Shown: positions 1-9,136, counted from the stretch's first letter. The stretch is 64,000 bases of DNA from Desulfomicrobium sp. (GCA_040768745.1 JAXGMI010000001.1:1088001-1152000); one strand, 5' to 3'. The notes: a model not told the origin generated them from the sequence alone. A program made the numbers and translations.

Positions 1-1
1 G

Positions 2-94
2 CCTGTGGATGTGTCGTTTCGAGTCAAGGGGGAGAATCTCTCGGCGTTTCAAAAAATGATTGGTGCCAATGCGAAACGGTTGGAGGTGGCATGA
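2..94 (+). CDS. 3' end of a probable minimal nucleotidyltransferase (MNT) antitoxin, truncated by window edge
   Basis: Open frame PVDVSFRVKGENLSAFQKMIGANAKRLEVA* ends in an ATGA overlap with the HEPN gene; resembles an MNT C-terminus (xVDV) and matches the usual MNT-HEPN order. Confidence 0.5.
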   Translation, partial: PVDVSFRVKGENLSAFQKMIGANAKRLEVA

Positions 95-645
95 GCGGTT
101 CCTTGCGGGCAGGAGAAGAATATCTGGCCGAACTCCTGGAGGCGATCCAGCGGTGCACGTACTTTCTTGACGGATCAATTGGTCGGCTGACGTGGCCGCT
201 CGACCCGGAGTTCCTGGAAAGTCGAAAGATGGATGTCGAGGTGTTTGAGACGGTGTCCGCCATAAACGAGCGTTTCGCGAAGCTTCAAGACACGCTCGGC
301 GCGGCAATGCGGTGCGCGGCGGTCTTGTCGGGCGAGCAGGTTTCTATATTTTTGCGTGTTTTGACGTTCTATGAAAAAATCGGAGTGCTTGAATCAGTGC
401 GGCAATGGCAGGAATGTCGAACTGCACGCAATCTCGCCGCACACGATTACGATACCAACTACGAGGCCATTGCCGATCATTTCAACACGCTGCATGCCAT
501 GACCCCTTTTTTGTATGGCACGGCATGGCGCTTTGCGGAGTACTGTCAGAATACGCTAGGTGTTTTCCCGAAGTCCAGGGACTTTGAACCCGGATTTACC
601 CAAGTGGCGAGACCGTTCGGAGAACAACGCAGTCGAGATGCGTAA
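91..645 (+). CDS. HEPN-domain (HepT-like) ribonuclease toxin
   Basis: RNLAAHDY = RX4HXY motif; ERFAKLQDTLG helix shared with the 2851-3327 protein. Confidence 0.75.
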   Translation: MSGSLRAGEEYLAELLEAIQRCTYFLDGSIGRLTWPLDPEFLESRKMDVEVFETVSAINERFAKLQDTLGAAMRCAAVLSGEQVSIFLRVLTFYEKIGVLESVRQWQECRTARNLAAHDYDTNYEAIADHFNTLHAMTPFLYGTAWRFAEYCQNTLGVFPKSRDFEPGFTQVARPFGEQRSRDA

Positions 646-725
646 AGAAAAGGTATCGTGTATTGGTGTCAAATGGGGATGGCAATTGGGTAGTTTTTAG
701 AGCTTAACTGTTTGGAATTGTATAT

Positions 726-760
726 AAAAATATAGTATTGTTAAAAGAAGACCTGATCCC
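726..760 (+). repeat. Inter-cassette motif copy 1 (...TTGTTAAAAGAAGACCTGATCCC)
   Basis: Aligns by eye with copies at 2363, 4227 and 4737 (core TCGTCAAARGAAGACNTG..CC); most divergent copy. Confidence 0.6.
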
Positions 761-769
761 GTTCCCTGA

Positions 770-865
770 TTCCATCAGATCGATAATGAGGAGCTACTCG
801 CTCACATTGGCCGGGTTGGCGAAAGTATTTTTCGTAGGCAAGGGTCGCGGGTGGGAAGACTGTGA
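770..865 (+). pseudogene. 3' remnant of an MNT gene
   Basis: Translates FHQIDNEELLAHIGRVGESIFRR, 21/23 identical to the C-terminus of the 3420-4154 protein; no start codon or N-terminal part. Confidence 0.8.
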
Positions 866-880
866 CAACGATGAACTCGT

Positions 881-2275
881 ATGAACGAAACTGAACTCTT
901 TGCCATCATTGCCAGAGGCGAGGACAGCCGCCATCAATTCAAGCGAGATTTCAGCAATATCGACTCGCTGGCTGCGGAACTGATCGCTTTTTCGAATACA
1001 AGCGGGGGGTTGCTGTTGGTTGGCATCGACGATGACGGACATGTCTGCGGCTTGGACGCTACGGATGTGTCCAGGCTTAATCAACTGCTGTCGAATGCTT
1101 CCTCGCAGAACGTTCGTCCTCCCATTAATCCGACAACCAGCAATGTCATGACCGGAAGTGGCCTTGTCGTGGTGATTGATGTAGCCGAGGGCTTGAACAA
1201 ACCCTACATGGATGCCCTGGGCCGGATTTGGGTCAAAAGTGGTGCGGACAAGCGCCATTTGACCGCACGAGAAGAGATGCAGCGACTGTTTCAATCCTCC
1301 GGGCTCGTGTATGCGGACGAGGTCCCGGTTCGGCCGGCCACATTCACCGATCTCGATCAGGACGCCTTTGGCAAATATTTTGGCAAGCGCTATCAGCGAT
1401 CTGTCGAAAGTACCGGCCTGGCCCTGCCGCAACTGCTTGCCAACCTTAATTTGGCAGGCGACGGCGCACCCAACCTGGCGGCCCTGATGCTGTTCGGCAA
1501 GTCGCCGCATGTGTTTAAGCCATCCTTCATTGTCAAATCAGTCGCTTTTCCTGGCACGGTGTTACATGACAATCGCTACTTGGACAGCGAGGACATAGAC
1601 GGCAATCTGTTCGAGCAGTATCGTCGCTCCATGGCCTTTATCAAACGCAATCTGCGTCACGTGCAGGGCGATCAGGGCTTCAACAGCCCTGGATTATTGG
1701 AGATACCTGAGGCGGTTTTCGAAGAGTTGCTCGTCAACGCCTTGGTGCATCGTGATTATTTTCTGAGCGCCCCTATTCGGCTGCTGATTTTTTCCGATCG
1801 GGTGGAGATCATCAGTCCTGGGCATCTGCCCAACCATCTGGATTCCAACAAAATCCGCTACGGCATTTCAAACCTTCGAAATCCCGTCCTGGCCTCCCAT
1901 GCTTTCCACATGTTGCCCTATCGTGGACTTGGAAGCGGCATTCCGCGAGCCTTGGCGAGTTGGCCTGATATCGAGTTGATCGAAGATCGCGCAGGCAATC
2001 AATTCAAAGCTGTCGTCCACCGGCCGGACAGAGACAACGCACAGCCAGAGTCGCAGCCAGAGTCGCAGCCAGAGTCGCTGGAGAACTCCGTGTTGCGTAT
2101 TCTGGCAGAAAGGCCGGCCGGCAAGGCCGAGATTTCAGTTCGGCTTGGGCAGAAGCGCGTTTCGGGGCAGCTCAACAAAGTCATGCGCGCGTTGCTTGAC
2201 GCTGGTGTGATTGAACACACCATTCCGGAGAAGCCGACAAGTCGCCTGCAAAAGTATCGGATTAGTTCAAACTGA
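881..2275 (+). CDS. AlbA_2 (Schlafen-like) domain + HATPase_c_4-like domain + C-terminal winged HTH protein
   Basis: N-terminal GEDSRHQFK...AFSNTSGGLLLVGIDDDG; central EELLVNALVHRDY...DRVEIISPG, RNPVLA, GLGSGI; C-terminal TIPEKPTSRLQKYR. Confidence 0.8.
   Translation: MNETELFAIIARGEDSRHQFKRDFSNIDSLAAELIAFSNTSGGLLLVGIDDDGHVCGLDATDVSRLNQLLSNASSQNVRPPINPTTSNVMTGSGLVVVIDVAEGLNKPYMDALGRIWVKSGADKRHLTAREEMQRLFQSSGLVYADEVPVRPATFTDLDQDAFGKYFGKRYQRSVESTGLALPQLLANLNLAGDGAPNLAALMLFGKSPHVFKPSFIVKSVAFPGTVLHDNRYLDSEDIDGNLFEQYRRSMAFIKRNLRHVQGDQGFNSPGLLEIPEAVFEELLVNALVHRDYFLSAPIRLLIFSDRVEIISPGHLPNHLDSNKIRYGISNLRNPVLASHAFHMLPYRGLGSGIPRALASWPDIELIEDRAGNQFKAVVHRPDRDNAQPESQPESQPESLENSVLRILAERPAGKAEISVRLGQKRVSGQLNKVMRALLDAGVIEHTIPEKPTSRLQKYRISSN
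2042..2077 (+). repeat. In-frame 12-bp tandem repeat (CAGCCAGAGTCG)x3 encoding a (QPES)3 linker
   Basis: Three exact copies read directly from the sequence. Confidence 0.9.
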
Positions 2276-2362
2276 AGAGGATATCAGAAGAGAAGAAATT
2301 TACGCTTCATTATCTTGGGCGGGTTGGGAAGACTGTTTTCCGCCGACAAGGGTAGCGAGAGA

Positions 2363-2415
2363 GGATTGGTTTTGGAAATGGAAGAATCGTCAAAGGAAGA
2401 CGTGCCCCCCATGTC
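2363..2415 (+). repeat. Inter-cassette motif copy 2
   Basis: GGATTGGTTTTGGAAATGGAAGAATCGTCAAAGGAAGACGTGCCCCCCATGTC, near-identical to 4737-4788. Confidence 0.8.
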
Positions 2416-2548
2416 TGGCGGCGGGCCGGAGGCGGATGGAAATCCTGGAAGCCTTCGTGAAAGGCAAGCAGAGTGTCTGGCATGACGGATGACAGGATAT
2501 CCAAAGCAGGCGCGGTATGAGGAAGTGAGCCCGGCACGAGGAGAGGAC

Positions 2549-2854
2549 ATGCGTATCACGGAAACAGAGCGTCGAGTGTTGCGCGACGAGGCACAAAAAG
2601 CTTTCGGGGCAGACTCCAAGGTTTTTCTTTTCGGTTCACGAGTGGAGGATGCTCTGCGGGGTGGAGACATCGATCTGTTGGTGGAGACTGGAAAGATGGG
2701 GCATGCCGCCATTTTCGAAGCTCAACTCCATTTTTTGGCCCGGGTCAAGTTGGCCCTTGGGGAACAAAAAATCGACGTGCTTGTGGATTACCCGGATCGC
2801 ACGAGCCGTCCTGAAATTTTGCGCATCGCACGGGCTCAGGGGGTGCAGTTGTGA
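2549..2854 (+). CDS. Minimal nucleotidyltransferase (MntA-like antitoxin)
   Basis: FGSRVEDALRGGDIDLLV = GSX10DXD motif; ATG 2549 follows a GAGGAGAGG RBS; GTGA overlap with the downstream HEPN gene. Confidence 0.85.
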   Translation: MRITETERRVLRDEAQKAFGADSKVFLFGSRVEDALRGGDIDLLVETGKMGHAAIFEAQLHFLARVKLALGEQKIDVLVDYPDRTSRPEILRIARAQGVQL

Positions 2855-3327
2855 TTTCGGAAAACAGTGATGTCAATGCATTGCGTTTCCATGACGCATG
2901 GAAGGAATGTTGTACGCATCTGACCCACGCCCGGCATGCCCTCAAATCAATGGAGGCGCATTTGCCGCTTGATGGGCAAAAATTATCGAGCCTTGATTTA
3001 GAGTCCATTCAAGACATCGATCAGCTTGTGTATCGATATTCCAAGCTGCAAGACAGCATGGGTAGCAAGCTTTTTCCAGCGCTTCTTAAAATTCTTATGG
3101 AGCCGTTGGAAGACAGCCCCATGTTGGACAAGCTCAATAAGCTGGAGAAACTAGGGGTTCTCCCCAGCGTTCAGCGTTGGCAGGAACTCCGGGAAATTCG
3201 CAACAAATTTGCACATGACTATCCCGAAGGAGACGAGATGAAGGCCGCGGTATTGAATGCTGCATGCTCCAGCATCGAGGAACTGGCCGAAGTCTTGGAT
3301 CGTGTGGGCAAGGCAGGTGGAGTGTGA
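2851..3327 (+). CDS. HEPN-domain (HepT-like) toxin
   Basis: RNKFAHDY = RX4HXY motif; translationally coupled to the MNT gene. Confidence 0.8.
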   Translation: MISENSDVNALRFHDAWKECCTHLTHARHALKSMEAHLPLDGQKLSSLDLESIQDIDQLVYRYSKLQDSMGSKLFPALLKILMEPLEDSPMLDKLNKLEKLGVLPSVQRWQELREIRNKFAHDYPEGDEMKAAVLNAACSSIEELAEVLDRVGKAGGV

Positions 3328-3419
3328 GGTGTTCTAAGCGGTTCAAACTTTATTCAGAATGATAGGTGCCAAAAAAAGAGGTTTTTTTTGAAGGTATCTG
3401 GTCGGCAAGGGAGCACGTC

Positions 3420-4154
3420 ATGACGGGAAACGGTGCGGATGTCCGGTGGAAGCAACGGTTTGCGAATTTCAAGAAGGCCTTGTCCCAGTTGAAAAAATTT
3501 GTGGAAAAGGGCCAGCTGAACGAACTGGAAGAACAGGGGGCGATTCAAGCCTTTGAATATACGTACGAACTGGCCTGGAATGTCATGAAAGACTTTTTGG
3601 AACACCAGGGTCAGACAGATATCTACGGATCTAGGGACGCGATCCGTAAAGCCTTCCAACTTGGCCTGATCACTGACGGCGACAAGTGGATGGACGCCTA
3701 TAAGAGCAGGACCAAAACCTCGCATACCTACAATGAGGAAACAGCCAGGGAGATGGTCGATGCCATCCTGGGCGTATATCATGGGCTTTTTGAGGCCCTG
3801 CAGGAGAAGATGGAACCTTTGCTTGACCGTGACCGGGAAGCGGCATCCGGCAATCGTTTTGGCATCGAGAGCGAGATGTTTGAACGGATCGTTGACGTGT
3901 TGCGCGACAATCCATTGGTCGAGGAAGTGATTCTCTACGGATCGCGAGCCAAGGGTGTGCAGAAATCCGGTTCTGATATCGACTTGGTGCTCAAAGGGAA
4001 AGATCTCGCTCTGCAGGACTTGAATCGGATCAGTCTGGCTCTGGATGATCTGCTCCTGCCGTATACCTTTGATCTTTCGCTTTTCCATCACATCGACAAT
4101 GAGGAACTGCTTGCTCACATTGGACGGGTCGGGAAAAGCATTTTTCGCAGGTAG
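3420..4154 (+). CDS. Fusion of an HI0074-type HEPN (nucleotidyltransferase substrate-binding) domain and an MNT domain
   Basis: N-half RWKQRFANFKKAL...IQAFEYTYELAW...RTKTSHTY; C-half ILYGSRAKGVQKSGSDIDL; single frame; ATG 3420 follows AAGGGAG. Confidence 0.8.
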   Translation: MTGNGADVRWKQRFANFKKALSQLKKFVEKGQLNELEEQGAIQAFEYTYELAWNVMKDFLEHQGQTDIYGSRDAIRKAFQLGLITDGDKWMDAYKSRTKTSHTYNEETAREMVDAILGVYHGLFEALQEKMEPLLDRDREAASGNRFGIESEMFERIVDVLRDNPLVEEVILYGSRAKGVQKSGSDIDLVLKGKDLALQDLNRISLALDDLLLPYTFDLSLFHHIDNEELLAHIGRVGKSIFRR

Positions 4155-4226
4155 GGGTAGCGGGTAACGAGTGGAAAGGTCGATGGATTGCAGGATCATG
4201 AGATCTAATTGAGATGTATTATGTAT

Positions 4227-4268
4227 AAAATGGAAGTGTCGTCAAAAGAAGACTTGATAACCTTGTCT
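4227..4268 (+). repeat. Inter-cassette motif copy 3
   Basis: AAAATGGAAGTGTCGTCAAAAGAAGACTTGATAACCTTGTC. Confidence 0.75.
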
Positions 4269-4272
4269 TCTC

Positions 4273-4630
4273 TGGGCAAAAATTATCGAGCCTTGATTTA
4301 GAGTCCATTCAAGACATCGATCAGCTTGTGTATCGATATTCCGAGCTGCAAGACAGCATGGGTAGCAAGCTTTTTCCAGCGCTTCTCAAAGTTCTTATGG
4401 AGCCGTTGGAAGAGAGCCCCATGTTGGACAAGCTCAATAAGCTGGAGAAACTCGGGGTTCTCCCCAGCGTTCAGCGTTGGCAGAAAATCCGGGAAATTCG
4501 CAACAAATTTGCATATGACTATCCCGAAGGAGACGAGATGAAGGCCGCGGTATTGAATGCTGCATGTTCCAGCGTCGAAGAACTGGTCGAAGTCTTGGAT
4601 CATGTAGGCAAGGAAGGTGGAGTGTTATAG
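4273..4630 (+). pseudogene. 5'-truncated duplicate of the 2851-3327 HEPN gene
   Basis: Near-identical DNA to ~2973-3326; lacks the first ~40 codons; catalytic motif changed RNKFAH to RNKFAY. Confidence 0.85.
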
Positions 4631-4736
4631 GCGAAAAACTTTAGTCGGATGATGCGAGCAAGGAATGCGTCCGGAAGAGGCTACGGTTGGTGAGTTTTGC
4701 CAAGGTCAAAATGTTTTTCAGTGAAAGAAATGAACG

Positions 4737-4788
4737 GGATTGGTTTTTAAAATGGAAAAATCGTCAAAGGAAGACTTGGCCCCATGTC
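4737..4788 (+). repeat. Inter-cassette motif copy 4
   Basis: GGATTGGTTTTTAAAATGGAAAAATCGTCAAAGGAAGACTTGGCCCCATGTC; lies at the boundary to the AT-rich glycan block. Confidence 0.8.
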
Positions 4789-4829
4789 CCTGGACATCGG
4801 TATAGGCTGTTTTCGTTTCGGAGTAATGC

Positions 4830-5594
4830 ATGTTGTGCAGGATATGTCATTCTAGGCTAAAATTCAAATATGCTGCTAATAACTCGCGTGGCGAAAATGG
4901 AAATGTTTTTTATTGTAAAAAATGCGATGCTTTTTTTGTTGAAGAAAGTGAGTTTGATTATAGATGTCATGATGTGGTAAAGTACTATGAAGATCACGAA
5001 ATTTATATAAAAAATAGGTATGAAAAGTTTTTTTCTTTTGTTGAGCGATTTGTTTCGCCGTCAAGTTTTCTGGATATTGGATCGGGGATGGGATATTCGC
5101 TGGAAGTAGCGCAACGTCGCGGTTGGAGTGCGCATGGTATAGAGCCAAATGCTATCCTGGCACAAAATTGTATTGATCGAGGACTTTCAGTTCAAAATAG
5201 CAAATTTTGTTTTGGGGAAAACTCGTGTTTTCGATTGATTTCAATGGATAATGTTCTAGAGCACGTCCGTAATCCAGTTGAGTTTGTTTATGACGCTTCA
5301 AGGTGTCTCGAAAAGGGCGGTATGCTTGTGATCGCAGTGCCTCCGGTTGATTGGCTAAGAAAAGTTGTTTCTTCTTTTGCTTTGGTGCGTGAGAATGTGA
5401 CTATTCCTCAATTAAATATTTTTTACGATATGACTCAGCATATTAATTTCTTTAGCAGAAAGTCTATTTATCAGATTGCAAATGAATTAAATTTGACTAT
5501 TTTCTCACATCGATATCATCATAGTTTGTTATATAATAATGTGATTTCGCGGTTTGTTAAGATAAACGATGGGATATTTTTCTTGGCTAAATGA
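4830..5594 (+). CDS. Class I SAM-dependent methyltransferase with N-terminal CxxC...CxxC
   Basis: FLDIGSGMG motif I; NVLEHV; LEKGGMLVIAVP. Confidence 0.85.
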   Translation: MLCRICHSRLKFKYAANNSRGENGNVFYCKKCDAFFVEESEFDYRCHDVVKYYEDHEIYIKNRYEKFFSFVERFVSPSSFLDIGSGMGYSLEVAQRRGWSAHGIEPNAILAQNCIDRGLSVQNSKFCFGENSCFRLISMDNVLEHVRNPVEFVYDASRCLEKGGMLVIAVPPVDWLRKVVSSFALVRENVTIPQLNIFYDMTQHINFFSRKSIYQIANELNLTIFSHRYHHSLLYNNVISRFVKINDGIFFLAK

Positions 5595-5642
5595 ATGAAG
5601 TGTGGTGCTTATGTCGAGACATGTGATCGATAAACGGTTGTT

Positions 5643-7094
5643 TTGTGTTGGATTCTTGCTGTGACATTAATTAATGCGCTGAAGTGGTCATTCTTGGGTG
5701 AGTTGGCGTCAAAAGCAATTCAACCGCTTGTGTTTATCGTTTTGGCCCGACTGCTGACACCTGAAGATTTTGGTGTGATGACAGCCGCGCTCATGGTTAT
5801 CGGTTTTTCGCAGATTTTTTGGGAAGCTGGAATGGGCAAGGCTTTGATTCAGCGCCAGACAAATATTGAGGAAGCCGCTAATGCAGCTTTTTGGATCAAT
5901 GTCATACTTGGTGTTGTTATTTCTAATGCTTTGTATTTTTCTGCTAATTTTGTTGCGCAAACTTTTTTTCAAGATGGAAGAGTCGAGACGGTGTTGCAAG
6001 TAATGACTTTGCAGATTTTTTTTGGATCCGTTTCTTCGGTGCATACAGCTCTTTTGCAAAGAAATATGGATTTTAAAAAATTATTTTGGGTTAGGTTTGT
6101 AACGGTATGTCTGCCAGGTATCGCTTCGATCCCGCTGGCCTGGTACGGATGGGGGCATTGGGCGTTGGTTGCTGGTACTTTGGCTGGTCAGCTAGCGCAG
6201 ATGATCATGTTGTGGAGGATGAGCTATTGGCGGCCAAGCATGGCAGTCAATATCGGGGTAACAAGTGAAATGGCCAAGTTTGGTGGCTGGGTAGGCGCAA
6301 CTGGACTGCTGACATGGTTTTATGCTTGGGCAGATTCCTTGGTGGTCGGCCATTACCTCGGTAGTCATGACCTCGGACTTTTTCGTACAGGCTGTCAATT
6401 TCCAGCTATCATTTTTGCCCTATTCTTTGGGCCTATTGTACCCGTGCTTTACAGTCAGATCTCTCGTATTGGCCATGCAAAAGATAGAATGAAGGAGATA
6501 GCTGAATTTGCAATCGGAATGCTAACAATTGTCTCCATTCCCGTTGCAGCATTCCTTTTTATATATTCAGAGCATATCGAAGCTCTAATATTTGGAGATA
6601 AATGGAATGGAGTTGGCGTAGTGCTCGGAGTGATGGCATTGATGCATGGGTTTTCATGGATTGTAGGCATGAATGGAGAGTTTTACCGTGCGACAGGGAA
6701 CCCCTCTTGCGAAACAATCGTTACGGCCGGTGCGATGGGTGTGTACTTGCTAGTATATTTAATGATCATTCATCAAGGATTAAGAGTTTTTGTATGGGCC
6801 AGGATGGCCTTGGCAATAGGAGCGCTAGTTCTCCATTTAATTGTACTAAATAAAATTTTCAACGTGAATCTGCTTTTAGTAGTGCGTCGCATTGTGTTCA
6901 TCTCAATGATAAGTGCTTTTGCAATATTTTATGTTAAAGAATTTTCAATATGTATTTTTGTAGACAGATGGGCTCAATTTATAATTGGATGTTTGATGTC
7001 AGCTACTGCGGTATTGTTTTCGATTTATATATTAGAGAGGAAAAAAATATGTTTGCAAATTACTACGATGGTCAGAAAAAATGAAACTAAATAG
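5643..7094 (+). CDS. wzx: Wzx-type flippase (polysaccharide biosynthesis/MOP family)
   Basis: LARLLTPEDFG, ALIQR, multiple TM helices; start codon uncertain (TTG 5643 or GTG 5661). Confidence 0.85.
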   Translation: MCWILAVTLINALKWSFLGELASKAIQPLVFIVLARLLTPEDFGVMTAALMVIGFSQIFWEAGMGKALIQRQTNIEEAANAAFWINVILGVVISNALYFSANFVAQTFFQDGRVETVLQVMTLQIFFGSVSSVHTALLQRNMDFKKLFWVRFVTVCLPGIASIPLAWYGWGHWALVAGTLAGQLAQMIMLWRMSYWRPSMAVNIGVTSEMAKFGGWVGATGLLTWFYAWADSLVVGHYLGSHDLGLFRTGCQFPAIIFALFFGPIVPVLYSQISRIGHAKDRMKEIAEFAIGMLTIVSIPVAAFLFIYSEHIEALIFGDKWNGVGVVLGVMALMHGFSWIVGMNGEFYRATGNPSCETIVTAGAMGVYLLVYLMIIHQGLRVFVWARMALAIGALVLHLIVLNKIFNVNLLLVVRRIVFISMISAFAIFYVKEFSICIFVDRWAQFIIGCLMSATAVLFSIYILERKKICLQITTMVRKNETK

Positions 7095-8289
7095 TATGAA
7101 TAAGTTCTTGAAAAATATATTGTTTCCGATTCGAAATATTGTCAGTCGTAGATTTGTCGAATATCAACTAGAAAAGAGAATAGTTCAAAACAGGATTAAA
7201 GATGTTGTAAATTTTAATTTTGATGATTTAAAAAGACAAACACTAGAGTATCTAAAGTCCGTTCAAATATCAGAAAAGCCTTATTTGTATAAATATTCAG
7301 CAAGTTGCTCAAGGCCTACGTTGTACGCATCAGTCTATGCATGTATGACACTAAGCCTCTATGGCGAGCTTAATAATTTTAATGAGCAACAAAAGTTGGA
7401 CTGGTGTTCGTATTTTGACTCATTCCAAGAAGAAAACGGATTATTCTATGACACCACAGTCAGAAATGAGATATATGATGAATCCGACTGGTGGGGTGCA
7501 CGGCATATAACTACTCACATGATTAGTGCCTACACAGACTTGGGCGCAAAACCCAAGCGCCCAATTAGGGCCATCGAGGGGTTCTGTGGCGACGGTGATA
7601 TTACCCGATGGCTGAGCGCAATAGATTGGATGTCACCCAGCCTAGGCCGAGGCGATATTGATAACAAAATCATGAATATTGGTTGTCTGCTCCAATATCA
7701 GCGCGATGCCTGGGCTGATACGAAGGCAGCTACAGCGATTTTCGAAATGAAAAAATTCCTTAAAACTAAAATCAACCCAAGTACCGGTATGTGGGGCGAT
7801 TTTAATTCCGCTGATCCTGGTCAACGCTCCAGGATGGTTCAATTTGCCTATCACCTACTCTTAATTTATTTTTACGATGGCGATTATGATTTTGATGTCA
7901 ATTTAATTGTCTTGCATGTGTTAAAAACACAAAATAAATTCGGTGGATACGGAGTGAAGCTTAACTCGAGTGCTTGTGAAGATATAGACTCTGTTGACAT
8001 TCTCATTAAGTTATATAAATTCTGTGATCAAAAAATACAAGATAAAATTAACCGATCAATTATTTTGTCACTAAAGTGGATATTAATAAATCAGGTTTCT
8101 GACGGCGGTTTCGTTTTTAGGCTTAACGAGCCATTTGTATATGGATCAAATGAAACATCAAGTTTCGCGAACCAAGGATCTATGATGCCAACATGGTTTC
8201 GATCACTCTCTATTGCTTACATTGCGAAGCATTTAAAATTGAGTAACAGCTATATCATCACCAGCGCGCCTGGATATGAGTTTCTTTAA
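7081..8289 (+). CDS. Hypothetical soluble protein, possibly prenyltransferase/squalene-cyclase-like alpha-alpha toroid
   Basis: Recurring QW-like motifs FQEENGLF, INPSTGMW, TQNKFGGY, NQVSDGGF. Confidence 0.5.
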   Translation: MKLNSMNKFLKNILFPIRNIVSRRFVEYQLEKRIVQNRIKDVVNFNFDDLKRQTLEYLKSVQISEKPYLYKYSASCSRPTLYASVYACMTLSLYGELNNFNEQQKLDWCSYFDSFQEENGLFYDTTVRNEIYDESDWWGARHITTHMISAYTDLGAKPKRPIRAIEGFCGDGDITRWLSAIDWMSPSLGRGDIDNKIMNIGCLLQYQRDAWADTKAATAIFEMKKFLKTKINPSTGMWGDFNSADPGQRSRMVQFAYHLLLIYFYDGDYDFDVNLIVLHVLKTQNKFGGYGVKLNSSACEDIDSVDILIKLYKFCDQKIQDKINRSIILSLKWILINQVSDGGFVFRLNEPFVYGSNETSSFANQGSMMPTWFRSLSIAYIAKHLKLSNSYIITSAPGYEFL

Positions 8290-8515
8290 AATCGCGTATG
8301 TTGCAATTGTTGATTAAATGATCAGAAAATTATTCACTCTAATTTTTGCATGAAATTATCTCGGTATATATATTTTTTTACGTAAATAAAATTTAAATGT
8401 ATAAATATAATTTGTGTCTAAAGCAGCCATTTTTTCTGATATGATAAATATAGTCAATCAAAAATTGTTGTTGATTTATCTAAGATTTTTTTATGCATAA
8501 ACATTAAAAAATCAA

Positions 8516-9136
8516 ATGAAAGTGCGCCAAATTATTTATCTATCTTATTGCTTTGTGCGTGATTCACTGCTTCGTTTTTCGAATAAGCAACTGAGTTATG
8601 CATTCTCTATTAGCTCTCATCTTACAATTCCGGAAAGAGTAAAAATTTATCAACTTTCTGTTAATACGAGATATGTTGTTGAAATTGGTTCATATATTGG
8701 TGCGTCTGCCTGCTGTTTTGGCGCATCTGCGATTATGAACGCTAAGATGCGGATACTATGTATAGATACTTGGAATAATGACTCCATGAGCGAGGGGTGT
8801 CGAGATACTTGGTCTGAATTCCTTGATAACACATCTCGATATTCGCAATTTATCACACCCATAAGGGGGTTTAGTGCTCATGTCTTGGAGAAAATTTATT
8901 CCATTACTCCTGTCATCGATCTGCTTTTTATTGATGGTGATCACTCCTATGACGGAGTAAAATCTGATTGGGAAACTTATAAATATTTTCTCAAGCCTGG
9001 TTCTATAATTATTTTTCATGATTATGGATGGGCGAATGGGGTTAAGCGTGTGGTTCATGAAGATGTTATGCCATTTGTGGGTTCGCATAATTGTTTACCG
9101 AATATGTGGTGGGGCACATTATCCAAGCAGCCATGA
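8516..9136 (+). CDS. Class I SAM-dependent methyltransferase (Methyltransf_24-like)
   Basis: VEIGSYIGAS, IDTW, DLLFIDGDHSY, LKPGSIIIFHDY. Confidence 0.85.
   Translation: MKVRQIIYLSYCFVRDSLLRFSNKQLSYAFSISSHLTIPERVKIYQLSVNTRYVVEIGSYIGASACCFGASAIMNAKMRILCIDTWNNDSMSEGCRDTWSEFLDNTSRYSQFITPIRGFSAHVLEKIYSITPVIDLLFIDGDHSYDGVKSDWETYKYFLKPGSIIIFHDYGWANGVKRVVHEDVMPFVGSHNCLPNMWWGTLSKQP

Noticed and set aside
726..4788. Recurrent motif as a CRISPR array or integron attC sites
   Set aside because: Copies are degenerate and 0.5-1.9 kb apart with genes between them; no cas or intI gene; no RYYYAAC...GTTRRRY palindromic attC structure seen
7081..8289. Wzy polymerase next to wzx
   Set aside because: The protein is hydrophilic and lacks the many TM helices of Wzy
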